From contig NIVC01002732.1 in NCBI GenBank assembly GCA_002269645.1, forward strand, positions 1 to 64,000: a stretch of 64,000 bases of DNA, given 5' to 3'. This document shows positions 50,768 through 62,417 of the stretch, one piece after another. Each line of letters opens with the position of its first letter. Position 1 is the first letter of the stretch. The position numbers were made by a program, and so were the translations under genes. The DNA comes from Macrostomum lignano. Lineage: Eukaryota. The notes beneath the pieces are model-generated. The model was not told the DNA's origin. It did not search any database and saw only the letters and a list, made by a program, of their open reading frames with translations.

Positions 50768-50970
50768 GCAAGCGTCAGGTTCGCCTATTATTGCGACCCG
50801 CTGGAGCTTGCAGTCAGGTCGACAAGCGCCAGTCAGACGCGTCCACCCTCAAGCGTGAGCGGAATTCCATAGCAGACGAAGTAGGAGACGCCAGCCTTGA
50901 CAGGCGGCCCTCTGCCGTTTCGGCGGCTGATTTTAACGGCGATTCCGACAGCCCGTTGGGAGCCCAGCTA
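50768..50970 (+). CDS. PDZ-domain gene exon (PDZ betaF plus linker)
   Basis: CCCGCAG acceptor in phase 1 gives (S)KRQVRLLLRP, completing the PDZ; open to the CTA|GTGAGT donor. Confidence 0.78.
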
Positions 50971-51119
50971 GTGAGTTTTCCCGCTCCTTCAATCCGATCC
51001 CCCCCCCCTTGTCATGTAGCCCACTCTACATACACTGCTGATTGTTGTACCGCCTATCTCAGATTTTATACGCCTGCATGCTGATTATTGACCCTATACT
51101 TTTCTGGCGCTATATATTT

Positions 51120-51157
51120 TCTGTCTGTCTGTCTGCCTGTCTGTCTGTCTGTCTGCC

Positions 51158-51222
<65 letters not shown>

Positions 51223-51355
51223 GCCTGCCTGTCTGTCTGTCTGTCTGTCTGCCTGTCTGTCTGTCTGTCTGCCTGTCTGTCTGTCTGTCTGCCTGCCTGT
51301 CTGTCTGTCTGTCTGTCTGTCTGCCTGTCTGTCTGTCTGTCTGTCTCTTTGTCTC

Positions 51356-51404
<49 letters not shown>

Positions 51405-51450
51405 TTGTCTCTCTGTCTGTCTGTCTGTCTGTCTGTCTGTCAGTCAGTCA
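51120..51450. repeat. (TGTC)n microsatellite
   Basis: TGTC/TGCC run. Confidence 0.95.
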
Positions 51451-52253
51451 GAGTGCTAGTGCCTGTCTGCATTGCCATCGCAGCTGTTGTGTGCTGTCAG
51501 TTACTAACACAATACAAGCTACAAACAGTGGCATATGGCACATATTAGATCGCGCATCAAACCTGATAATCCTGTTTATTCCCGCTAGCCACTGGTTGTT
51601 GTGTAGAAAATTATCATAGCACATCGTTGTGGCGTTATTTGTAGATCAACAAGCCTTCAATCTCCATAGAACTGGTCTGTTCCGTCTTGTTTTGTTTTAT
51701 TTTGCATCTATTTGATTTATAGGCATCGCTGAAGCTCAAATATCGGCAATCTGTCATCGGTTTGCCGAGGCACTGGAGAGTGAGTAGTTTATTTTGCGAG
51801 CTGAGTTTAATATTAGAAGTGTCTACTCGGTGTTGCATTTATTTTAACATACGAACGATTTTTTTCCCTACTGTCCTACTGATTTTTCAAGTAGTATGCT
51901 TCACCTTTTTAGTTTTCTTTGTTGCTGTCTTGGCCCTTTAAATAAAAAAAAATATATATGTATATATAATGTGTAAACGGCGCCACTGATTTCAAATTTG
52001 CTGATTGCTTTTTCTGTCAGCTCAGCTCTGTTACCTTTCACCTTATTTGTAATCAGTTCATTTAATAAAATCTGCCTTGATTCGTCTGTGTTTGCTTTAG
52101 TAGGCTTATTATCTAAGCTGTACTTATGCTAAAGCTCGTAATTTAATAACTATTAGTCTAATTGGCTTTAATTTTATCATTATCGGATTAAATTGGTTAC
52201 AAAAATTTTATTTTATTTTTTTGTTTACTTATATGCTTGTTACCACATTTCAG

Positions 52254-52337
52254 TCCCACAAAGCATCAAAAATTGAAAATAATTCTGACAAGGATCGAGC
52301 AACTGCTTCTAGAGCTGAGGATTGTCACAAGATTATG
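52254..52337 (+). CDS. PDZ-domain gene, candidate 84-nt exon
   Basis: ATTTCAG acceptor after a T-rich tract; ATG|GTACGT donor; phase 0-0; SHKASKIENNSDKDRATASRAEDCHKIM. Confidence 0.55.
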
Positions 52338-52479
52338 GTACGTAGGAGCTGATTTCATTTCAGTTTACAAATTTTACTTTGTTTATGTACTCGTGGATTC
52401 GGTCTTAATAGAAGGTCTTCAACTTGAACAGTCTTCAGTTTACCTTCGATCTGTGAAAACGATTTTAGTTGAACCACAT

Positions 52480-52930
52480 AGACAATAGCCTCAGTTGACC
52501 TTGAACCATAGAGAATGGCCTCAGTTGACCATGAACCATAGAAAATGGCCTCAGTTGACCTTGAACCATAGAGAATGGCCTCATTTGACCTTAAACCATA
52601 GAGCATGGCCTCAGTTGACCTTGAACCGTAGAGCATGGCCTCAGTTGACCTTGAACCATAGAGAATAGCCTCAGTTGACCTTGAACCATAGAGCATGGCC
52701 TCAGTTGACCTTGAACCATAGAGAATAGCCTCAGTTGACCTTGAACCATAGAGAATAGCCTCAGTTGACCTTGAACCATAGAGAATAGCCTCAGTTGACC
52801 TTGAACCATAGAGAATAGCCTCAGTTGACCTTGAACCATAGAGAATAGCCTCAGTTGACCTTTAACCATAGAGAATAGCCTCAGTTGACCTTGAACCATA
52901 TAGAATAGCCTCAGTTGACCTTGAACCCCA
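52480..52930. repeat. 30-bp minisatellite (GCCTCAGTTGACCTTGAACCATAGAGAATA)n
   Basis: About 15 copies. Confidence 0.95.
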
Positions 52931-53340
52931 GGTGAGCATATTGACCTAAAGTCTCAGGTGAATTATGATTGAACTATTGAAACATTGAAGCATTGAAGCA
53001 TCGTGCTCGCTGTTAGTAAGTAGAAATTTGCAGTCATGTCTGCTTTTCGTCGCCTTGCATTGCATTCAATGCGCTCAGGCTAATTACGAGTATTTTTAAC
53101 CCTTGAAGCAATCCAATTGTCGTTCTTAGGAATTGACTGCATTCTGCTACCTTCTAGTGTGTTTATTTTCTAACCTGTCAATCTGTCTCACTCTCTGGCT
53201 CGCTAAGCCCTTTGCTTAAAAACTATACTTCTGCCCACATGATAAGGTAAAGGTTTGGTTAGATGACCTCCAGAGGCAGGACAGTGAAGGCTGCACAATA
53301 TTCTGCGGTGGTGCCTGTCTGTGCTGGGAATAGCTTTTAC

Positions 53341-53421
<81 letters not shown>

Positions 53422-55105
53422 GCTAGTGTCTGCTAGTGTCTGTGCTCGTGTCTGCTAGTGTCTGTGCTAGTGTCTGCTAGTGTCTGTGCTAGTGTCTGCT
53501 AGTGTCTGCTAGTGTCTGTGCTAGTGTCTGTGCTAGTGTCTGCTAGTGTCTGTGCTAGTGTCTGCTAGTGTCTGCTAGTGTCTGCTAGTGTCTGTGCTCG
53601 TGTCTGCTAGTGTCTGCTAGTGTCTGTGCTAGTGTCTGTGCTAGTGTCTGCTAGTGTCTGCTAGTGTCTGTGCTAGTGTCTGTGCTAGTGTCTGCTAGTG
53701 TCTGTGCTAGTGTCTGCTAGTGTCTGCTAGTGTCTGTGCTAGTGTCTGTGCTAGTGTCTGCTAGTGTCTGCTAGTGTCTGTGCTAGTGTCTGCTAGTGTC
53801 TGCTAGTGTCTGCTAGTGTCTGCTAGTGTCTGTGCTCGTGTCTGCTAGTGTCTGTGCTAGTGTCTGCTAGTGTCTTCTAGTGTCTGTGCTAGTGTCTGCT
53901 AGTGTCTGTGCTAGTGTCTGCTAGTGTCTGCTAGTGTCTGTGCTAGTGTCTGCTAGTGTCTGCTAGTGTCTGCTAGTGTCTGTGCTAGTGTCTGCTAGTG
54001 TCTGTGCTAGTGTCTGCTAGTGTCTGCTAGTGTCTGCTAGTGTCTGTGCTAGTGTCTGCTAGTGTCTGTGCTAGTGTCTGCTAGTGTCTGCTAGTGTCTG
54101 CTAGTGTCTGCTAGTGTCTGTGCTAGTGTCTGTGCTAGTGTCTGCTAGTGTCTGTGCTAGTGTCTGCTAGTGTCTGCTAGTGTCTGCTAGTGTCTGCTAG
54201 TGTCTGTGCTAGTGTCTGTGCTAGTGTCTGCTAGTGTCTGTGCTAGTGTCTGCTAGTGTCTGTGCTAGTGTCTGCTAGTGTCTGCTAGTGTCTGTGCTCG
54301 TGTCTGCTAGTGTCTGTGCTAGTGTCTGCTAGTGTCTTCTAGTGTCTGTGCTAGTGTCTGCTAGTGTCTGTGCTAGTGTCTGTGCTAGTGTCTGCTAGTG
54401 TCTGCTAGTGTCTGTGCTAGTGTCTGCTAGTGTCTGCTAGTGTCTGTGCTAGTGTCTGTGCTAGTGTCTGCTAGTGTCTGTGCTAGTGTCTGCTAGTGTC
54501 TGTGCTAGTGTCTGCTAGTGTCTGTGCTAGTGTCTGCTAGTGTCTGTGCTAGTGTCTGCTAGTGTCTGTGCTAGTGTCTGTGCTAGTGTCTGCTAGTGTC
54601 TGTGCTAGTGTCTGCTAGTGTCTGCTAGTGTCTGCTAGTGTCTGCTAGTGTCTGTGCTAGTGTCTGTGCTAGTGTCTGCTAGTGTCTGTGCTAGTGTCTG
54701 CTAGTGTCTGCTAGTGTCTGCTAGTGTCTGCTAGTGTCTGCTAGTGTCTGTGCTAGTGTCTGTGCTAGTGTCTGCTAGTGTCTGCTAGTGTCTGCTAGTG
54801 TCTGCTAGTGTCTGTGCTAGTGTCTGCTAGTGTCTGCTAGTGTCTGTGCTAGTGTCTGCTAGTGTCTGCTAGTGTCTGTGCTAGTGTCTGTGCTAGTGTC
54901 TGCTAGTGTCTGTGCTAGTGTCTGCTAGTGTCTGTTAGTGTCTTCTAGTGTCTGTGCTAGTGTCTGCTAGTGTCTGCTAGTGTCTGTGCTAGTGTCTGCT
55001 AGTGTCTGTGCTAGTGTCTGCTAGTGTCTGCTAGTGTCTGCTAGTGTCTGTGCTAGTGTCTGCTAGTGTCTGCTAGTGTCTGTGCTAGTGTCTGCTAGTG
55101 TCTTG
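53341..55105. repeat. (TGTC)n grading into a 10/12-bp repeat (CTAGTGTCTG / CTAGTGTCTGTG)n
   Basis: Pure TGTC to about 53421, then about 1.7 kb of the two derived units. Confidence 0.96.
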
Positions 55106-55966
55106 GTGCTCTGCATGCAAATTTCCTAACCGAGTTGCTCAGCATGCAAGTCAGCTAGGCGTATGGGAATATAAATTTGTTTGTTTGTGTTTGGCACGCG
55201 TCAAATCCTGCAGATTCACTAAAACACAGGCTCGCGAGTCTAGCTATTAAAGCTAAACAACCAACGCTAGGGAGAAAAGAAACGCGTTTTTACTTTTGGA
55301 TTGCGCTGGTCCTGGCCTCTACCATTAGTGTTTTCATCAGTTACTAAAAATGGCAGACCGCTCGATTGTAATAAGGAGACCAGGTCAACTGAATAGCGAA
55401 TAGAAGGAAAGGAAAGAATATAGTTTGTCTTTAGGCTCTGGGTATTCTGTGCGCGCGTGTCCAGAGAGAGGCCAGTCTTTGCCACACTTTGCCACACTTT
55501 ACCTTAGCAGCAGCGGAAGAGCCCCGTTTGGTTTCCCATAGGTTTAGTTTGTGTATACACACCCAATCTGAAATTTCCTACCCCCCCCCCCCCAAATAGT
55601 GTGCAGCCAACCCGAACGAATGCAAATACAAGAGCATGAGAGAGAGAGAGAGAGAGAGAGTTTGGTGGTGCGGGGTGAGGCAGCTTTAGTCGGTCTGCAC
55701 AGAGTTAAAGGATTGAAAAATAAATGTACAAGCTTTGGCTGGCTAGTTAGTTCGTTTTACTTTTTATTCGCCAAAGAAGTTCGCTAATATACAGCTAGCT
55801 CAAAAATCTTTTCTCCTAGACTTTCTTTGTGTGCCCTGACTTTTTGTGCTTCTGGGGCTGATCTGTCTTAGTCTCTTCTGTGTTTGCTTGAGCCTATTTG
55901 CTTGTACTATGAGTGTGTAGTAATGTACGTATAATTGAAACCTTTACACCGCGGCCCAATATTAAG

Positions 55967-56104
55967 GAGGAGAAGTTTGATCAAGAGACTTGTGCGGTGG
56001 CGCCATCAGCTGCTGAGACTGACTCGCCTGTTCAAGAGCAGCAGCAGCAACAGCAGTGCAATAACGGGCAGTTTTCTGACAGCGACACCGAGTCACATTC
56101 GTCT
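55967..56104 (+). CDS. PDZ-domain gene, candidate exon (acidic, poly-Q)
   Basis: Open frame EEKFDQETCAVAPS...QEQQQQQQ...SDSDTESHSS ending at a TCT|GTGAGT donor in phase 0; the acceptor (AAG 55966) is weak and uncertain. Confidence 0.45.
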
Positions 56105-56149
56105 GTGAGTTTCTGAGTTGTAATTTGGCTTGTAGTTCTGTTAGTTTTT

Positions 56150-58712
56150 ATCAGTCTCAGTAGTTTCAGTGGGTGCTCAGGCGGCTTCTCAGTAATTTCA
56201 GTGTGTGTTCAGGTGGTTTCTCAGTAGTTCAGGTGGTTTCTCAGTAGTTTCGGTGGTAGTTCAGGTGGTTTCTCAGTAGTTTCGGTGGTAGTTCAGGTGG
56301 TTTCTCAGTAGTTTCAGTAGTAGTTCAGGTGGTTTCTCAGTAGTTTCAGTGGTAGTTCAGGTGGTTTCTCAGTAGATTCAGTGGTAGTTCAGGTGGTTTC
56401 TCAGTAGTTTCCGTGGTAGTTCAGGTGGTTTCTCAGTAGTTTCGGTGGTAGTTCAGGTGGTTTCTCAGTAGTTTCGGTGGTAGTTCAGGTGGTTTCTCAG
56501 TAGTTTCAGTGGTAGTTCAGGTGGTTTCTCAGTAGTTTCAATAGTAGTTCAGGTGGTTTCTCAGTAGTTTCAGTAGTAGTTCAGGTGGTTTCTCAGTAGT
56601 TTCGATGGTAGTTCAGGCGGCTCCTCTGTAGTTTCAGTGGGTGCTCAGGCGGCTCCTCAGTATTTTCGGTGGTAGTTCAGGTGGTTTCTCAGTAGTTTCC
56701 GTGGTAGTTCAGGTGGTTTCTCAGTAGTTTCAGTGGTAGTTCAGGTGGTTTCTCAGTAGTTTCAGTGGTAGTTCAGGTGGTTTCTCAGTAGTTTCCGTGG
56801 TAGTTCAGGTGGTTTCTCAGTAGTTTCAGTGGTAGTTCAGATGGTTTCTCAGTAGTTTCAGTAGTAGTTCAGGTGGTTTCTCAGTAGTTTCGGTGGTAGT
56901 TCAGGTGGCTTCTCAGTAGTTTCGGTGGTAGTTCAGATGGTTTCTCAGTAGTTTCGGTGGTAGTTCAGGTGGTTTCTCAGTAGTTTCATTGGTAGTTCAG
57001 GTGGTTTCTCAGTAGTTTCAGTGGTAGTTCAGGTGGTTTCTCAGTAGTTTCGGTGGTAGTTCAGGTGGTTTCTCAGTAGTTTCGGTGGTAGTTCAGGTGG
57101 TTTCTCAGTAGTTTCAGTGGTAGTTCAGGTGGTTTCTCAGTAGTTTCAGTAGTAGTTCAGGTGGTTTCTCAGTAGTTTCGGTGGTAGTTCAGGTGGTTTC
57201 TCAGTAGTTTCAGTAGTAGTTCAGGTGGTTTCTCAGTAGTTTCGGTGGTAGTTCAGGTGGTTTCTCAGTAGTTTCAGTGGTAGTTCAGGTGGTTTCTCAG
57301 TAGTTTCCGTGGTAGTTCAGGTGGTTTCTCAGTAGTTTCGGTGGTAGTTCAGGTGGTTTCTCAGTAGTTTCAGTAGTAGTTCAGGTGGTTTCTCAGTAGT
57401 TTCAGTGGTAGTTCAGGTGGTTTCTCAGTAGTTTCAATAGTAGTTCAGGTGGTTTCTCAGTAGTTTCAGTAGTAGTTCAGGTGGTTTCTCAGTAGTTTCG
57501 GTGGTAGTTCAGGCGGCTCCTCTGTAGTTTCAGTGGGTGCTCAGGCGGCTCCTCAGTATTTTCGGTGGTAGTTCAGGTGGTTTCTTAGTAGTTTCAGTAG
57601 TAGTTCAGATGGTTTCTCAGTAGTTTCGGTGGTAGTTCAGGTGGTTTCTCAGTAGTTTCAGTAGTAGTTCAGGTGGTTTCTCAGTAGTTTCAGTAGTAGT
57701 TCAGGTGGTTTCTCAGTAGTTTCAGTAGTAGTTCAGATGGTTTCTCAGTAGTTTCGGTGGTAGTTCAGGTGGTTTCTCAGTAGTTTCGGTGGTAGTTCAG
57801 GTGGTTTCTCAGTAGTTTCAGTAGTAGTTCAGGTGGTTTCTCAGTAGTTTCAGTGGTAGTTCAGGTGGTTTCTCAGTAGTTTCAGTGGTAGTTCAGGTGG
57901 TTTCTCAGTAGTTTCCGTGGTAGTTCAGGTGGTTTCTCAGTAGTTTCGGTGGTAGTTCAGGTGGTTTCTCAGTAGTTTCGGTGGTAGTTCAGGTGGTTTC
58001 TCAGTAGTTTCAGTGGTAGTTCAGGTGGTTTCTCAGTAGTTTCAATAGTAGTTCAGGTGGTTTCTCAGTAGTTTCAGTAGTAGTTCAGGTGGTTTCTCAG
58101 TAGTTTCGGTGGTAGTTCAGGCGGCTCCTCTGTAGTTTCAGTGGGTGCTCAGGCGGCTCCTCAGTATTTTCGGTGGTAGTTCAGGTGGTTTCTTAGTAGT
58201 TTCAGTAGTAGTTCAGATGGTTTCTCAGTAGTTTCGGTGGTAGTTCAGGTGGTTTCTCAGTAGTTTCAGTAGTAGTTCAGGTGGTTTCTCAGTAGTTTCA
58301 GTAGTAGTTCAGGTGGTTTCTCAGTAGTTTCAGTAGTAGTTCAGATGGTTTCTCAGTAGTTTCGGTGGTAGTTCAGGTGGTTTCTCAGTATTTTCAGTAG
58401 TAGTTCAGATGGTTTCTCAGTAGTTTCGGTGGTAGTTCAGGTGGTTTCTCAGTAGTTTCAGTGGTAGTTCAGGTGGTTTCTCAGTAGTTTCAGTAGTAGT
58501 TCAGATGGTTTCTCAGTAGTTTCAGTGGTAGTTCAGGTGGTTTCTCAGTAGTTTCAGTGGTAGTTCAGGTGGTTTCTCAGTAATTTCAGTGGTAGTTCAG
58601 GTGGTTTCTCAGTAGTTTCAGTGGGTGTTCAGGCGGCTCCTCAGTAGTTTCAGTGGGTGTTCAGGCGGCTTCTCAGTAGTTTCAGTGGGTGTTCAGGCGG
58701 CTTCTCAGCAGT
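56150..58712. repeat. 32-bp minisatellite (GTGGTTTCTCAGTAGTTTCAGTGGTAGTTCAG)n, about 2.5 kb, intronic
   Basis: Period 32 (57001 to 57033); internal block duplication with GCGGCTCC variants. Confidence 0.96.
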
Positions 58713-58817
58713 TTTAGATTAGCCAGGTATCCCAATATCCGGAGTGTACATTATTAAATTACTAATAAAAATTTCAAACTGCAGTGTATAATATGATCAC
58801 TATTTTCATATAAACAG

Positions 58818-59021
58818 TCGGAGTCTTCCTCAGCATCAATTGAGTCCGATTCCGAGTCAGACTCCGCACCAGCTGCCGGCATGGACACCGTTGATTCTGT
58901 ACAATCGCCAATTGATTTGGAGTCCTTGACCGATCAGTTAGTTCAGTCGGAACCAATTGGCGCAGATGATAATAAAAATGCTTCATCAGTTCCCAATGAG
59001 AATAGCGGAGATGCTGGATTG
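58818..59021 (+). CDS. PDZ-domain gene, candidate 204-nt exon (Ser/Asp-rich)
   Basis: TAAACAG acceptor, TTG|GTGAGT donor, 68 open codons in phase 0-0 (SESSSASIESDSESDS...GDAGL). Confidence 0.65.
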
Positions 59022-59116
59022 GTGAGTTGAGGGATCCAGCAGTTTGCTGAAAATCAATTTTTATCCTGTTTAAAAGTAATTAAATCAATACGATTAATCA
59101 TCAATAAACAATTGGA

Positions 59117-59250
59117 ACATCAAAGAAAACGCCGACAAAGCGCTTAGTTAGGTGTGCGGCTGTTCGACTAAGATCAAAGGCAGGCGCCGCCGCCGCCGCC
59201 GCGGCCTTTGTCTTTGATGTTGGCGCCGCTGCGGCCTCCGCCAGTGCCGC
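59117..59250. promoter_or_regulatory. Cluster of TCF/LEF sites with GCCG helper motifs (candidate Wnt-response element)
   Basis: ACATCAAAG 59117-59125, ACAAAG 59135-59140, AGATCAAAGG 59171-59180, CTTTGT 59206-59211, CTTTGATGT 59212-59220; (GCC)n run 59186-59201 and further GCCG motifs. Confidence 0.65.
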
Positions 59251-59382
59251 ATCTGGCACAGCTCACAGCTACAGGGTGCAAATTATTTCATTTTGTCATT
59301 TTCACTATCTACAGGTGGAATTTTGCTAATTGCAAGGAATTTTTTTAACGGTAGTTATTGCTTTTATTAATGGACTTTTACC

Positions 59383-59660
59383 GAGAGGTTGTAGCCCAGT
59401 GGTTAGAGAGTCGGAATTACGATTGAAAGGTCGGGGGTTCGATTCTTGACCCACTCGGAACAAGTTGTGTCCCTTGAGTAAGGCAACTTAACTCTGCATT
59501 GCTTCAGTTCACCCAGCTGTAAAATGGGTGCCAGCATTAGCTGGGGTAATTGAGGCTGTGTGTGTGGCGACCCCCCAAGTCCTTGGACTGAACAGCCGTA
59601 CGCAGCCTTCAGATGCGCCGCGCAATAACTGCGGCTGAGCTGTCGGTCACTTTAATCAAA
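59383..59660 (+). mobile_element. tRNA-derived SINE with CORE-like central domain
   Basis: A box TAGCCCAGTGG 59392-59402; B box GGTTCGATTC 59436-59445; then TGTGTCCCTTGAGTAAGGCAACTTAACTC...TTCAGTTCACCCAGCTGTAAAATGGG, resembling the MIR/CORE consensus. The 3' end is approximate. Confidence 0.75.
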
Positions 59661-60004
59661 AACTATTCTTTAGTTTGTTTTTTGTATTCCCCTTACTACC
59701 GATTTTTCCCAAGCGGATCAATACTTGATACGTTATTAATATTTAATAATCGCAATAAGTTATAATCGTGATAAATATTGATAATTATCTTCTTGCAGCG
59801 GGTTTGCAGAAAAAAAACTAAACAAACACCTTGCAGTGCTCACCTGAACCTGTTGCTTATTAGAAAAAAACTGATTCTGATGTTCTGAATGAAAACTTCA
59901 TACCTGATTCCGCTTTCATTATGTAATTATGCCAGTTTTAGCAAAATAAAGCAGGCGCACCCCATTGCAAATGAATTATGTGAAATTTAATATTTCTGTT
60001 ACAG

Positions 60005-60139
60005 AGCAGGCGCCATCCGTTGCGTCAGAGTTCGCGGCGTAATCCGCAGTTGCGGCATAAAAACAGCCTGACTAATAGCGGTCGGAAAGCCGCCTCTGTT
60101 GTTAGGGAGGCTGATTGCGAAGATGAGGCAAGGAGTTAA
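60005..60139 (+). CDS. PDZ-domain gene, candidate terminal (or alternative terminal) exon
   Basis: TTTCTGTTACAG acceptor; 44 open codons in phase 0 (SRRHPLRQSSRRNPQLRHK...) then TAA 60137-60139. Confidence 0.5.
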   Translation, partial: SRRHPLRQSSRRNPQLRHKNSLTNSGRKAASVVREADCEDEARS

Positions 60140-61257
60140 TAATAGTGCAGTTAATATAGATATAGTCATTTAGTATTATTAATAATAATTTAAGCAAGTT
60201 ACTTTAAAAGAAATATCTAAGAAATTTTAAAATCGTGCCATTGTTTTACATTTTTGTCAAGTAAAACAAAATTATCCAATAGCGAAGTCAAGTAATTATA
60301 TGACGAGGCGATGACTTACTCCCGCCTTTTACCTGCTTGTTTAAAAATTGGCTCGATTTTAAATTCACAATAAATCTGTTTAGTAAAGTGTCGCATTAGT
60401 GCTACTGAGCCCTTGTAGATCTTAAATTAGGCTATACTTGTTAAGTTTGTCTACAAATAGGTAGACTTGCCTAATTAAGTGAGATCCAAGGACTACTCAA
60501 GAAGGACGGAAAAGTACGTTTCTTGGAAAAGTTTAGCTTTTACTCGAAAAATACACTACAGAGAAAGGAAATTTTCTTTTTTTCAGCACAAAAACCCAGT
60601 GTTCATCTTTCGATATGTCTTAACTATCATATAGCTCTGTTGCTATTCAATCCTGTCTATTAGGATTCTATGCTAATTTTATATTCTACGTCCAGTCGTA
60701 CATGTGCCTAAAAATCATAAATTCAGTTACCCAAGAAACGTAGTTTACCGTCCGACTTTAATAGTCCTTGGTGAAATTTTATATCTATAAAAACTGTCAA
60801 CACCGTTTTAACTTTTAACCAGTTGGTTATTAATCGACTCCATTATTGAGATCATTGTTTTACTACTAACTATACTATACAAGCGTAGTTGTTGTTGATG
60901 CAAGGATCTACAACAGCGAACTAATAAAATAATATTGCACAATTAGACATTTTATGTAATTTCATTAGCTAATTATTATACATGTAAAATAGTACATCAG
61001 TATATGTTAATATAGCGCTAACCCCAAGCAGTCTGTACTGCGCCCACAAACACACAAACGCATTTATTCAAGGCACTTATAAATAGATCGATGCGTACAT
61101 ATGTGCACCAGCGAATCTGCTTGTACTTTTGTTTGCTCAGTAGTCAGTTAGTTTTCTAGCATAGTGTATATAAGCGATGATGTGCTAAACCTGGCTTGGA
61201 GGATTAGTGGGGCCTACTCGATTTAGTTGTTTGTTGGGTTAGTTGATCTTCATTCGT

Positions 61258-62385
61258 GTCTGTCTCTGTCTGTCTGCCTGTCTGTCTGCCTGTCTGTCTG
61301 TCTGTCTCTGCCTGCCTGTCTCTGTCTGTCTGCCTGTCTCTGTCTGTCTGTCTGTCTGCCTGTCTCTGTCTGTCTGTCTGTCTGCCTGCCTGTCTCTGTC
61401 TGCCTGCCTGTCTCTGTCTGTCTGCCTGTCTCTGTCTGTCTGCCTGTCTCTGTCTGTCTGCCTGTCTGCCTGTCTCTGTCTGCCTGCCTGTCTCTGTCTG
61501 TCTGCCTGTCTGCCTGTCTCTGTCTGTCTGCCTGCCTGCCTGTCTCTGTCTGTCTGCCTGTCTGCCTGTCTCTGTCTGCCTGCCTGTCTCTGTCTGTCTG
61601 CCTGTGCCTGTCTCTGTCTGTCTGCCTGTCTGTCTGTCTGCCTGCCTGTCTCTGTCTTTCTGCCTGTCTGCCTGTCTCTGTCTGTCTGCATGTCTCTGTC
61701 TGTCTGCCTGTCTCTGTCTGTCTGCCTGTCTGCCTGTCTCTGTCTGCCTGCCTGTCTCTGTCTGTCTGCCTGTCTGCCTGTCTCTGTCTGCCTGCCTGTC
61801 TGCCTGTCTCTGTCTGCCTGTCTGTCTGCCTGTCTCTGTCTGCCTGTCTGCCTGTCTCTGTCTGTCTGCCTGTCTCTGTCTGTCTGTCTACCTGTCTGCC
61901 TGTCTCTGTTTGTCTGCCTGTCTGCCTGTCTCTGTCTGCCTGCCTGTCTCTGTCTGTCTGCCTGTCTGCCTGTCTCTGTCTGCCTGCCTGTCTCTGTCTG
62001 CCTGCCTGTCTCTGTCTGTCTGCCTGTCTGCCTGTCTCTGTCTGCCTGCCTGTCTCTGTCTGCCTGCCTGTCTCTGTCTGTCTGCCTGTCTGCCTGTCTC
62101 TGTCTGCCTGCCTGTCTCTGTCTGTCTGCCTGTCTGCCTGTCTGCCTGTCTCTGTCTGTCTGTCTGTCTGCCTGCCTGTCTCTGTCTGCCTGCCTGTCTG
62201 CCTGTCTCTGTCTGCCTGCCTGTCTCTGTCTGTCTGCCTGTCTGCCTGTCTCTGTCTGTCTGTCTGCCTGCCTGCCTGTCTCTGTCTGTCTGCCTGTCTG
62301 CCTGTCTCTGTCTGCCTGCCTGTCTCTGTCTGTCTGCCTGTCTGCCTGTCTGTCTGTCTGTCTGTCTGCCTGCCTGCCTGCCTGC

Positions 62386-62415
<30 letters not shown>
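61258..62415. repeat. Compound (TGTC/TGCC/TCTC)n microsatellite
   Basis: About 1.15 kb of mixed tetranucleotide units. Confidence 0.95.

Positions 62416-62417
<2 letters not shown>

Noticed and set aside
59383-59460. Functional tRNA gene
   Set aside because: A and B boxes are present but I could not form an acceptor stem or cloverleaf, and it runs into a CORE-like SINE body.
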